From: a virus
Taxonomy: Duplodnaviria; Heunggongvirae; Uroviricota; Caudoviricetes
Virus record (IMG/VR): IMGVR_UViG_3300009008_000002
Direction: 5' to 3' (one strand)
Length of the DNA stretch: 64,000 bases
Part shown: positions 9,962 through 19,558 of the stretch, one piece after another
How the letters are laid out: every line of letters starts with the position of its first letter
Position numbering within the stretch: position 1 is the stretch's first letter
The notes under the pieces: model-generated
Seen by the model: only the letters and a program-made list of their open reading frames with translations
What the model was told of the DNA's origin: nothing
Database searches by the model: none
Position numbers and translations under genes: made by a program

Positions 9962-10469
9962 TTTCTAATTTATGATCTTCCGATGGTAGTTCGTGATCAT
10001 GTCGAGGTTCATCTGCCTGTGGAAACTCCCGCCAGTCAGAACCATCTTGTAATGCAGTGGTATCCATTCCGACAATTGTGCCGCCACCCAAAATACTTTG
10101 TTTCAGGCCGGAAACCTCCATCATGGGCAACCAAACAAGATTTAAAAACTCCTGTTTAGTCATATGGTTGCTATTAAACAACCCCAATGCTCGTTCAATT
10201 GTATTGATTTGCATGGCGAGATTCATGGCACCATCGCCACGAACAAAATAACCCGGCCAATCATCGCCAAATTGAACAGCACCAGTCTCTATGCGCGGAG
10301 GTAAGTTCTCCCCCCGTGACATGCCGCCATTGTTAGGATAATCAATCTTCTGAATTGTCACGATCACCCTCCAATGCTGCAACGAACTGACGCTGAACTG
10401 GAAATATCGGAAAACGGGGCAACTCAAACACCTTCTCTTGCTCAACCAGATCAGCGCCAAAGAAGGCAT
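9951..10469 (-). CDS. hypothetical protein (172 aa)
   Basis: ORF. Confidence 0.4.
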   Translation of the reverse strand: MPSLALIWLSKRRCLSCPVFRYFQFSVSSLQHWRVIVTIQKIDYPNNGGMSRGENLPPRIETGAVQFGDDWPGYFVRGDGAMNLAMQINTIERALGLFNSNHMTKQEFLNLVWLPMMEVSGLKQSILGGGTIVGMDTTALQDGSDWREFPQADEPRHDHELPSEDHKLESED

Positions 10470-10713
10470 TTAAAAAGTCCGTAGCCACTTCGTCTGGTAT
10501 CTCTGTTTCTTTGTCTTCATGCGCCAGCGACAACTGCAAGCCTTGTATATCCTCATACAAATTGATAGTCAAGACACAGACGATTTTATATTCATCGCTG
10601 TATGCATACTCTCTCATGCAACCTGTATCAGCAATTTGCCCAGACTTCATGGGGTGTTGCCTCGCAAACACCTTCATCTCTTCCACAAGCTGTTCAATTG
10701 TGATCATGCACAT
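10342..10713 (-). CDS. hypothetical protein (123 aa)
   Basis: ORF immediately downstream of the TIR gene. Confidence 0.35.
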   Translation of the reverse strand: MCMITIEQLVEEMKVFARQHPMKSGQIADTGCMREYAYSDEYKIVCVLTINLYEDIQGLQLSLAHEDKETEIPDEVATDFLNAFFGADLVEQEKVFELPRFPIFPVQRQFVAALEGDRDNSED

Positions 10714-11759
10714 TTTAATTCTTCCCGTCTCAAGTCCCGAACCAATCGTTCAAACATCCAATTCTCTGGATAGGGTGAATCGAAATCATAAACGAAAGTC
10801 TCCAATAAATTATCCGGCACTTGATCAAGTGGCATCAAACGAATTGGAAAAAACTTTCGCTGATTTTCTCGTGCCCATTTAATTTCAGCTTTCACCCACT
10901 GGTTCTTCAAACTGAATTTAGACAAAATCACTATGAAATTATCATGCTCGGAAATGGCTTCTTCAATCTGTTCGTGCAGCTTGCTGCCGCCTCTTAAATT
11001 ATCATCAGCGAACCATACCCGAATCCCTCTTGCCTGCAAATCCAGATACACTTTGTCTGCAATAGCCTTATCTTCCCCCGCATAGCTAAGGAAACAGGAA
11101 ACATCGACTGACGGCTGTTGGTGTCCCCGTGGCGTTCTAATTTTCCCATGTCGGAGGGCATTATACTGCCCATCCGTCAAACAATGAAGATAGGTAAGTG
11201 AATCATTGCCGAAATTACCGAAACCCGGATGGCACTGACCTGATAAAATGGCTTGAAGTCCTGGCCCCAAACACCTACCGATCTCAGCTAAAAGGCGATT
11301 ATGGTCATGGAAATTAATGTCGTAATCCACAAGAGGCAAAACAAACACTGGGTCTACAACACTGGTTGCGTGTCTTAAAATTTCAATAGCTGGACGGATG
11401 TTTTGCTGCAATTCAAAATTCATCTGAGTAAGCTGCACACTTTGAGCAGCATAATCATCCAACGAATGTGCTGAGCGTGCAGGATCGTAACCTTGACACG
11501 CTGCATTTCGTTTTAAATTTTCAACAATCTCCCTTCCCTCATATTGATGCCAAGCACGCTCTCCCAAGGCAGCACGCTCCATCTGGCTAATTAAAAAAAG
11601 AAGACCGGCAGTGCTTGGAGGAACGTATGTAACTTCGTCCATCCAAATAGCACGACCTTCCAATTCGGAAGCAAGTCGCTCTAATTCGTGTTGTTTGAAT
11701 TCAAGCATCCTTCCGCCACCATCCATCTTCAGATTCGGAACGCTGTCGCTGGGCCACAT
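10704..11759 (-). CDS. TIR-domain protein (C-terminal TIR; ~230 aa N-terminal domain of unknown function)
   Basis: C-terminal VDVSCFLSYAGEDKAIADKVYLDLQARGIRVWFADDNLRGGSKLHEQIEEAISEHDNFIVILSKFSLKNQWVKAEIKWA matches the TIR boxes (FxSY, GEDxR, RGI..F.DD, I..AI..S...IVILS, W...E), including the conserved glutamate. Confidence 0.8.
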   Translation of the reverse strand: MWPSDSVPNLKMDGGGRMLEFKQHELERLASELEGRAIWMDEVTYVPPSTAGLLFLISQMERAALGERAWHQYEGREIVENLKRNAACQGYDPARSAHSLDDYAAQSVQLTQMNFELQQNIRPAIEILRHATSVVDPVFVLPLVDYDINFHDHNRLLAEIGRCLGPGLQAILSGQCHPGFGNFGNDSLTYLHCLTDGQYNALRHGKIRTPRGHQQPSVDVSCFLSYAGEDKAIADKVYLDLQARGIRVWFADDNLRGGSKLHEQIEEAISEHDNFIVILSKFSLKNQWVKAEIKWARENQRKFFPIRLMPLDQVPDNLLETFVYDFDSPYPENWMFERLVRDLRREELKCA

Positions 11760-12870
11760 AAGCTGTAGCAGACTGCCGTTGTCTCGCTTGTTCCTCTCTA
11801 ATTTCCTTAGAGAGTTGCATGTCCTGTTGCGTATAGATTTCTTGATCCATTACCCAGTGTGGAACTTTTGCACCACCCCTGAGAGTTCGAGCTTCAGAAC
11901 CATCCAAGTATCTCCCAAATGCGTAACTGCACTTGTTAAATACGCCGAGCAGATTGTCGAAATTCTTAACCTCGACCCTTGGGTTGATGAGCCACTTTGA
12001 CAACAAACGAGATTGATTTGCGGGATCAGGATGGGTGTCCTTATCGACGTGCGACCAAAATTCATAAGCCAATTCTGGTATATCTCGTTCAATAGCGAGC
12101 AAGTAACTCGCAAATACTGCTGACCAGATAGCGCCTCGATGAATGTGGAATTTCTTCTGCATATTCATATTCTTAAATTGCAGAAAGAAAGAGGGGTAGG
12201 TGAACATTAGTTCTTCTACCTGTTCCGCTTTCAATTTGGGCATGGTGTCATCACCATGAAGTCGTCTTATCTCGTAGTAGAATTTAATACCACGGGACAT
12301 TCTCGCAACACCTTCCATTGATCCCGTCAACAATTCTGACAGAGCTTCAGTAGCACCAGCATTGGCTGCTAGACATTCTTTGGTAGTTCTGGACGACCAC
12401 CGATTGTCAAATTGCTTAAACAACTGACCTTCGCCTGCTGAACTATAACATTCGTAGGTATCCAGATGAACTGCCTCTGGCGTGCGGCCATCACCGGGAT
12501 GAAACAGCCCTCTCTCAATTAAATAGAGGAAAAGCGCAATGCTGTGCTGACAGTTAATTTTACGCATACCAATTCGTTCACCATTCTCATCATCCCAAAG
12601 ACAGTCTGCAACCACCCACTCACAGGGATGAAATGCGCCTTCTCGCCATTTCTCAAGCAGCCTTTCAATTTGCTGCCTTCCTCTCCTGATAGTTATGTCG
12701 CGGTTGCCTTTGTAATTGGCCATTTCAGCAAGTGCCACAACTAAGTCAGTAGTCAGTGGAACAACACTGGGCGTGCGGATTTTAAACTCCATTTTAATTG
12801 GTTCATCGGGAGTAAAACCAACCATGCAAGGATCAAGAAAATCAAAATCACTCAATTCAGGTCTGGCCAT
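11701..12870 (-). CDS. hypothetical protein (389 aa), overlaps the TIR gene start by ~59 nt
   Basis: Long ORF with no recognisable motif; translationally coupled with the TIR gene. Confidence 0.45.
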   Translation of the reverse strand: MARPELSDFDFLDPCMVGFTPDEPIKMEFKIRTPSVVPLTTDLVVALAEMANYKGNRDITIRRGRQQIERLLEKWREGAFHPCEWVVADCLWDDENGERIGMRKINCQHSIALFLYLIERGLFHPGDGRTPEAVHLDTYECYSSAGEGQLFKQFDNRWSSRTTKECLAANAGATEALSELLTGSMEGVARMSRGIKFYYEIRRLHGDDTMPKLKAEQVEELMFTYPSFFLQFKNMNMQKKFHIHRGAIWSAVFASYLLAIERDIPELAYEFWSHVDKDTHPDPANQSRLLSKWLINPRVEVKNFDNLLGVFNKCSYAFGRYLDGSEARTLRGGAKVPHWVMDQEIYTQQDMQLSKEIREEQARQRQSATAYVAQRQRSESEDGWWRKDA

Positions 12871-13483
12871 TGTTCGTGCCTTTCTTTTTTCTACCTCGTT
12901 GCTTTTTTAAATCTCCGTTGTCGAGCAATTCTCGACAATATCCTTCCATTTTTTTCGCAATATGTTTCATCTGCGGAACTACAGAACCAGAAAATGGAGC
13001 ATCTGCCAAATCTCCAAGTTGTTGACACCATGCATACATTTTCAACACTCTGTCTTCGTTTAGCGCCTTTATTACGCTCACAGGGGGCTTTATATCTTCT
13101 GGTAGTATTTTTCCACCACTAACCAATTCCTTCTGTCGCGTCTTAAGATAGACACCAGAAATTCTAAAACCCCTTTGCATGTTGATTCTACCATCACGCA
13201 CCGCCGCCAAAACCTCTGGATCACCATCCCTGATAATTTTTAATGCATTGCACAATCTTTTCTTGGCTACATTGTGTTTGTCAGCAAATTCCTTTTGCCT
13301 TGCTTTTGTGCTTTCTCCTGTAGCCAACATATCCTCAACGGCTTCAATGGCTCGTTGATTGGTTTGGCGTTCCGCTTCAGAAGTTGTTTCGGTTGCAGAA
13401 GTTGTTTCGGTTGCATTAGACATAAATTGCGTTCTCCCATTGGCCCTTCTCTGGGTCATCGCTCCCAGGTTGTATTTCTTCAA
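12857..13483 (-). CDS. hypothetical protein with tandem ETTSATETTS duplication
   Basis: ORF; contains an 18-nt tandem direct repeat (agaagttgtttcggttgc x2, 13378..13415). Confidence 0.4.
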   Translation of the reverse strand: MKKYNLGAMTQRRANGRTQFMSNATETTSATETTSEAERQTNQRAIEAVEDMLATGESTKARQKEFADKHNVAKKRLCNALKIIRDGDPEVLAAVRDGRINMQRGFRISGVYLKTRQKELVSGGKILPEDIKPPVSVIKALNEDRVLKMYAWCQQLGDLADAPFSGSVVPQMKHIAKKMEGYCRELLDNGDLKKQRGRKKKGTNNGQT

Positions 13484-13496
13484 GGCATCCTAGTAG

Positions 13497-13571
13497 TAGG
13501 CCGGATAGGACTTGAACCTATGACCTAACGATTATGAGTCGTTTGCTCTAAACCAACTGAGCTACCGGCCC
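13497..13571 (-). tRNA. tRNA with CAU anticodon (elongator Met or Ile2-lysidine type); no encoded CCA
   Basis: Reverse complement folds by hand into a 75-nt cloverleaf: 7-bp acceptor stem (G1:U72 wobble), GCTC/GAGC D-stem, anticodon stem AACGA/TCGTT with loop CUCAUAA, 5-nt variable loop, T-arm ATAGG-TTCAAGT-CCTAT, discriminator A. Confidence 0.85.
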
Positions 13572-13608
13572 TCTATGACATTATATCATAGCCAGATGAA
13601 AGCGTTAG

Positions 13609-13803
13609 TTAGCCTTCTTCCAAAAGTTCCTTGATAGCCTGCAATTCCATTTCGGCCCGAAGTTCGGGAGAAACGATTTTCTCAAGACGGGTTTCCAGCG
13701 CCTCAAGTTGTCTCTTCTTTTTGTCGATTGAAACCTTGCCGATTCGGGTCTTCACGTCGGCAACGTTGATTTTGTCTGGAATAAAGAGTTGGGCTGTACT
13801 CAT
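13609..13803 (-). CDS. hypothetical protein (64 aa)
   Basis: ORF. Confidence 0.3.
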   Translation of the reverse strand: MSTAQLFIPDKINVADVKTRIGKVSIDKKKRQLEALETRLEKIVSPELRAEMELQAIKELLEEG

Positions 13804-14159
13804 TCTATTTTAGTCCCTTCTGGTCTATCAGGATTCTCTTCGATAGAGGGTTCATCCCCTATCCAAGTGGAATCCCCCGCAACAAATCGCAATAATGCAT
13901 CAACTCCAATTTTTTCTCCCTCATCCCAAGTTTCGTATTCCCGAAAACAATCATCACAAAGCAACAGCCATTCAGTCTCGGCTTGCGATCCATCAGGACG
14001 AGCAAATTTAATATTGCCCAAACGAAACCAGTGCCCATGCTCCGCTTCCGTAGCATGGGCACAATGTAGAATTACATCCCCGTCTTTAGGTTGTGACTCA
14101 GTGAACTTCTCCATCTGTATCCTCCCACGGATCAAATTCATCTTCAATTGGCACTTCAC
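13800..14159 (-). CDS. hypothetical protein (119 aa)
   Basis: ORF. Confidence 0.35.
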   Translation of the reverse strand: MKCQLKMNLIRGRIQMEKFTESQPKDGDVILHCAHATEAEHGHWFRLGNIKFARPDGSQAETEWLLLCDDCFREYETWDEGEKIGVDALLRFVAGDSTWIGDEPSIEENPDRPEGTKIE

Positions 14160-14799
14160 AAATCAAAGGTTCATCCAACTCTCTGTCGGTGATGCCTTTG
14201 GATTTCATATAATATCTGACCCGGCCTTTTTCCACCATTTCAGCATCTTTGCGACCTAGCGGACCATCGTAAACATCACTGTCTTTGGCATTTATTAAAT
14301 GCACAAGGCGATCAGTATCTTCAATCGGAAATCCCTTCCAACCTGCTTGCTCCAAAACATCCTCATCCTTAGTGCAAGCTAAAACTTTAGCTGGACCGCC
14401 AGCGACAAAAGGAAGCACCCCTTCCTCGAATCGCATATTGACCGCTTCTGCCGTGTCATACGCTGTTTGCTTCATTGATAGAGGAATTGTAACTAAATTC
14501 CACATCAACCCTTCCCACTTGATCACACGGAACTGCATTAAATCATTTAAAGCAGCATCATTTGGCGAAAAATATTCATGCTCCAAATGTGTTTGAAACT
14601 CTGACACACCCGGTCGTGTTCCCATCATCAAGATATTAAACTTCTCTTTATCATCCGTGAGTCTTTTGAGTGTGGAATCTCGCTCCTCAATCTGAATAGC
14701 AAGATGTTCTCCCTCTGCCGTCATGTGACACAACTTGTCATCCGGCATGGCTTGGATAACTTGGGCAACATCAACTTGCATGTTTTTTCCCCTTGTCAA
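14098..14799 (-). CDS. hypothetical protein (233 aa)
   Basis: ORF. Confidence 0.4.
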   Translation of the reverse strand: MTRGKNMQVDVAQVIQAMPDDKLCHMTAEGEHLAIQIEERDSTLKRLTDDKEKFNILMMGTRPGVSEFQTHLEHEYFSPNDAALNDLMQFRVIKWEGLMWNLVTIPLSMKQTAYDTAEAVNMRFEEGVLPFVAGGPAKVLACTKDEDVLEQAGWKGFPIEDTDRLVHLINAKDSDVYDGPLGRKDAEMVEKGRVRYYMKSKGITDRELDEPLICEVPIEDEFDPWEDTDGEVH

Positions 14800-15199
14800 G
14801 GTGCTTTGCGAAATTTCGTGGTAGCCCTCCGAAATCCTCTGTAGGATTCACAGGCACAAAACCCATATGAAGTAAAATGGGCATGAATTCCTCAACCAAT
14901 ACACTTTCGACAAAAATGGGACCATCCCACTCTTTTTCTAATTTATCAACTAACCTGCGAAATGCACCTCTTCCTTCATCTTCTGCCTGAATTGCCCCAA
15001 TATCAAACACGTTTGTAAAATATAACAACTTGCCTTCATGGCGTATCGCCCTCGGACCCTTACGAACGTAGAGCCTGTCCATTCCATCTTCCTCGACCCA
15101 GGAGCGGTCAAGTTTGCTTTCAAAGAATTCATCCAGCGTCATTTTTTGTATCCCACGGATCGTAATCCTTCTGCTGTTGAACCATTTCCGCCACGTCAT
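14771..15199 (-). CDS. hypothetical protein, possible GNAT-like fold
   Basis: Weak Q..G.G-like stretch (IQAEDEGRGAFRRLV); very tentative. Confidence 0.3.
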   Translation of the reverse strand: MTWRKWFNSRRITIRGIQKMTLDEFFESKLDRSWVEEDGMDRLYVRKGPRAIRHEGKLLYFTNVFDIGAIQAEDEGRGAFRRLVDKLEKEWDGPIFVESVLVEEFMPILLHMGFVPVNPTEDFGGLPRNFAKHLDKGKKHAS

Positions 15200-15491
15200 C
15201 CTCAGAGACGACGTAATATCGACCTTTCTTCCCCAAAACCTCTGCCGTGACAGCCTGTTTAAATTGACACATTAACTGACCATGTAGGAAGCATTCGTCC
15301 AAAGTCAACGCGCGTTCGCCAGCAATATCCATTAATCGCACATGCATTTCCATACACTCTTCGACAGTCATTTTGGGCAATGGCCGTGAATTAGGTCGGG
15401 CCATTTGTTGAACTTGATCCTTCAACCTCGGCAACAGTCGCCTTAAATCCTCAATTGTGTATGGGGTTAGCTTATCCATCCTCGTCATCAT
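15129..15491 (-). CDS. hypothetical protein (120 aa)
   Basis: ORF. Confidence 0.35.
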   Translation of the reverse strand: MMTRMDKLTPYTIEDLRRLLPRLKDQVQQMARPNSRPLPKMTVEECMEMHVRLMDIAGERALTLDECFLHGQLMCQFKQAVTAEVLGKKGRYYVVSEDDVAEMVQQQKDYDPWDTKNDAG

Positions 15492-15915
15492 CCTTCCAAG
15501 GGTCCATCGTATGAGTGATCTTGCCGCAACCCTCTTTCATCCTCTCCGCACTAGCCAGCAGTATGTCTACGGATGCTTCTACCGAAACATTGCAAGCATC
15601 CACACTGACAGCTTGTAGCTCAGCAGTCTTCAATACATCATCGAGTTTAAATTCAGGCACCATCAAAATAAATCTGAGTGGTCGCCTCTTTAATTCATCC
15701 ACCAATTGATCTTGTGTGGCAAGGCTTAACTCCAAATCCATTATCGTTTGCTGCTTCAACGCATTCGACCACCTAATTGCTTTTCTGGCTTGTGAACGGT
15801 AATAGAACATAAAGTAACCCAGGATCACAATGGTTATTGCGCCCAGAATTAAATATGGCCACATCCCATAACTCCCTTCTAGTTGTCGAACCAAAAAACG
15901 AGGCGAGGATCGCAA
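15472..15915 (-). CDS. hypothetical protein with N-terminal TM helix
   Basis: ORF; hydrophobic N-terminus. Confidence 0.35.
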   Translation of the reverse strand: MRSSPRFLVRQLEGSYGMWPYLILGAITIVILGYFMFYYRSQARKAIRWSNALKQQTIMDLELSLATQDQLVDELKRRPLRFILMVPEFKLDDVLKTAELQAVSVDACNVSVEASVDILLASAERMKEGCGKITHTMDPWKDDDEDG

Positions 15916-16625
15916 CCAGCCCGCAACAAACCTTCCATAGCTCCCACCAAAGCAGAAATACTACTGGGAACGACAAGGGGTTGAGGCTCTTCGCTTTCAA
16001 TCATCGTTCGGGTTGCATGAAGTCCATGCATTCCCTCACTTTCCTTCCACCCTTCTGGGATGGGGCCATCGGTTTCTGTATCGTGGAATTTAACTTGACG
16101 TTCTTTGTGATCTTCATAGGCTTTCACCACTTCTTTTATATCAAACAGTGAAAGCCACGAGTGGCTGTGCCAATCGGGGTGATAGACTGCTGCTTTGGTT
16201 TCGTCGCAATATCCGTAATAAAGACGATCTATGTCGGTCTGTGGTAAGTTTTTCTCCCTAGCGTTCTCTCGATACTTGACAGCCGTTGCCTCGTATTTAT
16301 CAGCGTCTTCTCGCCTGCAAAAACCTTCTGAGTTGTCAACCCAATCAATGTTATCCTCATTATCTTCTTTGGGATCAACAACTCTCAGAATTAAATCATA
16401 TAGACAATTCCACGAAAGTCTTTCAGGCAAGCCTCTAGGCAGAGAAACAGGTTCTACGGAATTATCACGAACACCTGCTAGGATGCCAAACAAGAAATAA
16501 TTACGATGGATAGAAACTCGACCGAAATGCTCTGCATATTGAAAAGGCGTGCCTTTGTGGGGCTGTTCACCCATCGTGCTATCAGGCTCATCGTATTCAA
16601 GATATGCATGAATATCGCAACCCAT
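15879..16625 (-). CDS. hypothetical protein (248 aa)
   Basis: ORF. Confidence 0.4.
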   Translation of the reverse strand: MGCDIHAYLEYDEPDSTMGEQPHKGTPFQYAEHFGRVSIHRNYFLFGILAGVRDNSVEPVSLPRGLPERLSWNCLYDLILRVVDPKEDNEDNIDWVDNSEGFCRREDADKYEATAVKYRENAREKNLPQTDIDRLYYGYCDETKAAVYHPDWHSHSWLSLFDIKEVVKAYEDHKERQVKFHDTETDGPIPEGWKESEGMHGLHATRTMIESEEPQPLVVPSSISALVGAMEGLLRAGCDPRLVFWFDN

Positions 16626-16684
16626 AAACCGACTCCCTAAGTGAAGCGGGGGCGCAGATGCGCCCCCGCAAACATAGTCACGAA

Positions 16685-17524
16685 CTACTCAGTCGCGGCG
16701 GGTTCTTCATCTTCGTTCTCAACTGTTTCCGGCAGTTGGAAGTCGGAATCGGTGTCGCCAAAGATGCGGTCGGAAATGCGATCCATCGCAGCGCCACACC
16801 ACTTTTGCAGCTTCATAAAGAACTTCTTCACGCCTTCTGCAAGGAAGGTCCAGAGCAGCGACCACGGCCAGTAGGCCATCCAAGTGGTGATCCGCAGCTT
16901 GTTTTTGTTTGCGCGGAGTTTGAGGGTAGGAATGATTCGCATTTCCCTCAGATTTTCGTCGTCATCTTGCCCGTGGCGGTTGTAGGGATCAGGATTACAG
17001 GTGATATAAATTTCACCCTCACGCTTGGTTACGCCATCCCAATCGTGGTCGAAGCGGGCGTAGTCGGTATGCTTGGCACAATGAACCATCCAGTCGGATT
17101 TCAGATCAGCCGTCAACTGGTGTTTATCGGCTGCATTGGCGGGTTCACCCAGCTTATCGTTCAACCATGCTTCCAAATCTTCCTGGTATTTCTCTTTTCG
17201 ATCCGAACAGAAAAGCGGCCATTTAATAAAGCCCCAGATGATCGAACCAGAAATATATATCCCGATTGCAATAAGCGGGTTCCAGCCAGTCGTGAGCCAA
17301 GTGATGAAGGTTTCCCCGCCACAGAAAATGCAGGCTGCAAGGGATGCAATGAAGACAATGGTAGAGCCAACGAAACTCTCCCTTTCCAAAGCCCAGATCA
17401 AGAGCATCGAGCCGATGGCGATCAATACCCACCACGCAAAACTGAATGCTACGAACCAAGAGGTCCATACCAAGGCGGTTGGGTCAAAAGTGGGCGCAGC
17501 TTGCGCAAGCAGTGTCAGATTCAT
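16685..17524 (-). CDS. integral membrane protein (several TM helices, Trp-rich)
   Basis: Multiple hydrophobic segments; same strand as neighbours. Preferred over the antisense 323-aa ORF. Confidence 0.5.
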   Translation of the reverse strand: MNLTLLAQAAPTFDPTALVWTSWFVAFSFAWWVLIAIGSMLLIWALERESFVGSTIVFIASLAACIFCGGETFITWLTTGWNPLIAIGIYISGSIIWGFIKWPLFCSDRKEKYQEDLEAWLNDKLGEPANAADKHQLTADLKSDWMVHCAKHTDYARFDHDWDGVTKREGEIYITCNPDPYNRHGQDDDENLREMRIIPTLKLRANKNKLRITTWMAYWPWSLLWTFLAEGVKKFFMKLQKWCGAAMDRISDRIFGDTDSDFQLPETVENEDEEPAATE

Positions 17525-17601
17525 GTTTCTTCTCCTTCATTCACTGAGACATTAACGGGTAACATATTTCGTAGGTCGGGGCACCAACCCCAATTTCAAC
17601 T

Positions 17602-17889
17602 TCAATCGTCTAATTGTTTTTTGAAATAGGTGTGCATTTCAATTAATTTTTGAACACGTTTATCAGCAGCTTCAAAACTTGTGTCTCTCGCCATTTCATC
17701 AAATTTCAGAATGTTCTCTGCTATGGATTTTCGTTCTTCTGGATCAACAACCCCGAAATCAGACAGGGTTCTATCCAATGCAGTCAGCTTCATCCGTGCC
17801 TTTATATCATCTCCTGCTTTATGTTGTAGCCTTTCGTACAGGACCATTAACGGTCTCCCAAACTGGTGGTGTCTTCCTGGGTGTAACAC
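17602..17889 (-). CDS. hypothetical protein (95 aa)
   Basis: ORF. Confidence 0.3.
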   Translation of the reverse strand: MLHPGRHHQFGRPLMVLYERLQHKAGDDIKARMKLTALDRTLSDFGVVDPEERKSIAENILKFDEMARDTSFEAADKRVQKLIEMHTYFKKQLDD

Positions 17890-17978
17890 TCATATTACTC
17901 CTCTACTACTACGACTACTACTACAAAACAGCCCGTGAAAGCATTGTAACATAGGAAACTGCATTGTGAAGCAAATAC

Positions 17979-18008
17979 GAAAAAAGCCCCCGATTCTCTC
18001 TGAGGGCT
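17979..18008 (-). terminator. rho-independent terminator (distal of two tandem hairpins downstream of clpX)
   Basis: Minus-strand hairpin AAGCCC-(14 nt)-GGGCTT followed by TTTTTT. Confidence 0.5.
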
Positions 18009-18077
18009 TAAAAAAATAGGGGCCACAGTTTGTCCTGCCATCTCTCTGGATGAATGGGATCAACCCTTGTGGCCCCT
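18009..18077 (-). terminator. long stem-loop plus T-run (proximal structure downstream of clpX)
   Basis: 8-10 bp arms GGGGCCAC.../...GTGGCCCC separated by ~37 nt, followed on the minus strand by TATTTTTTT. Confidence 0.35.
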
Positions 18078-18174
18078 TCTCTCACTGTGCGCTTTGGCAC
18101 AAGTCGAAAGTTCTTTAAGGTCGGGTATCTCGCACCCACCCGGCAATATGTATATATTGAAGCTGTCCTCTTTT

Positions 18175-19482
18175 TTAGGCCGCAACTTTATCAAAAAGTG
18201 AAGCCGTGCCTTGCACAACTTCCTTCGTAATAAGGTATTCTTGGCCACGAGGTTGTTCGGACAGATTGTATTTAATCTCCAACATGAACCCTTCGACTAC
18301 ACTTCGCAATCCTCTTGCACCAGTTCCTTTTTCCTTAGCCAATTTTGCGATTTCTTCAAGGGCATCCGGCGTGAATTCAAGTTTGGCCTTATCAAAATCG
18401 AAAAAGACTTGCTGTTGTCGAACAAGAGCATTTTTGGGTTCAGTTAAAATCCTGATAAGATCATCTACAGCCAACTCATTCAAACTGCAAATGACTGGCA
18501 GACGACCAACTAATTCAGGAATTAAACCATAACCGTGTAAATCATCAGGCGTGACGCATGAGAATAATTCATCCTTGTTTCTTTCAGCGTCAGTTACACC
18601 ATCCTGGCCAAAGCCCATCTTTCGCTTTCCAAGACGCCTTGAAACGATCTCGTCCAATCCAACGAATGTGCCACCGCATATAAAAAGGATATTACTGGTG
18701 TCAAGTTGGATGTATTGCTGTTCGGGATGCTTTCTTCCGCCTCCCGGTGGAACATTGGCAATCGTTCCTTCCAGCATTTTTAATAGAGACTGTTGCACGC
18801 CTTCGCCAGATACATCACGAGTGATCGAGACATTCTGCGACGTTTTTCCAATCTTGTCGATTTCGTCAATATATATGATGCCGGTTTCGGCTGTCGGAAC
18901 GTCAAAATCGGCTTCTCGCAAGAGCCGAAGCAACAGGTTTTCTACGTCTTCACCAACATAACCCGCTTCGGTAAGAGTAGTGGCGTCACCTATTGCGAAG
19001 GGAACATCCAACATTTCGGCCAAAGTTCTGGCTAGAAGCGTTTTTCCGCAACCAGTTGGCCCCAAGAGCATTACGTTGGATTTTTCTAACTCGACCTCAT
19101 CGAGGTTTTTTGAGCCTTGTGCGTGCATTAGCCGTTTGTAATGGTCAATGACTGCCACGGCTAACGTTTTCTTTGCTGCCCCTTGACCGATTATATACTG
19201 ATCAAGGTGTTCTACAACTTGTCTTGGCGACGGCAGGTGGTTGATTTCACTCACATTGATTTCTTCAACCTGATCTGTATTCCAACCCTCTTGTTCTCGC
19301 AGTGATACGCACTTATCTACACAGCTTGAACACGCAAAAACCTGTTCATCACCTTCTTTTATGACTCGATTTCTGGAACCTGGACCCCTGAATAGGGGGC
19401 CGGTATCGCTATTTGGACGGCCACAAAAGTCACAATAGCGACGTTTCGTACGTGGCGCGCCTCTTTTTTTCTGTTTAGCCAT
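18175..19482 (-). CDS. clpX: ATP-dependent Clp protease ATP-binding subunit ClpX
   Basis: N-terminal C4 zinc-binding domain (CDFCG...CSSCVDKC), Walker [24 protein letters not shown] Walker B, MGFG (IGF-loop-like) ClpP-docking tripeptide, sensor-2 region; overall ClpX architecture. Confidence 0.9.
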   Translation of the reverse strand: MAKQKKRGAPRTKRRYCDFCGRPNSDTGPLFRGPGSRNRVIKEGDEQVFACSSCVDKCVSLREQEGWNTDQVEEINVSEINHLPSPRQVVEHLDQYIIGQGAAKKTLAVAVIDHYKRLMHAQGSKNLDEVELEKSNVMLLGPTGCGKTLLARTLAEMLDVPFAIGDATTLTEAGYVGEDVENLLLRLLREADFDVPTAETGIIYIDEIDKIGKTSQNVSITRDVSGEGVQQSLLKMLEGTIANVPPGGGRKHPEQQYIQLDTSNILFICGGTFVGLDEIVSRRLGKRKMGFGQDGVTDAERNKDELFSCVTPDDLHGYGLIPELVGRLPVICSLNELAVDDLIRILTEPKNALVRQQQVFFDFDKAKLEFTPDALEEIAKLAKEKGTGARGLRSVVEGFMLEIKYNLSEQPRGQEYLITKEVVQGTASLFDKVAA

Positions 19483-19558
19483 TCGCTACCTCTCTCTATT
19501 TCGGAATTTCGATACTTACCCAGTAACATTCTACCACAATTTCAAGAATTGTGAAGGA

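Noticed and set aside
14771-15199. GNAT acetyltransferase assignment
   Set aside because: Only a vague Q..G.G-like stretch; kept as hypothetical with a low-confidence note rather than a functional call.
16658-17629. 323-aa plus-strand ORF
   Set aside because: Antisense to the multi-TM membrane protein 16685..17524; neighbours are all minus-strand. Judged spurious.
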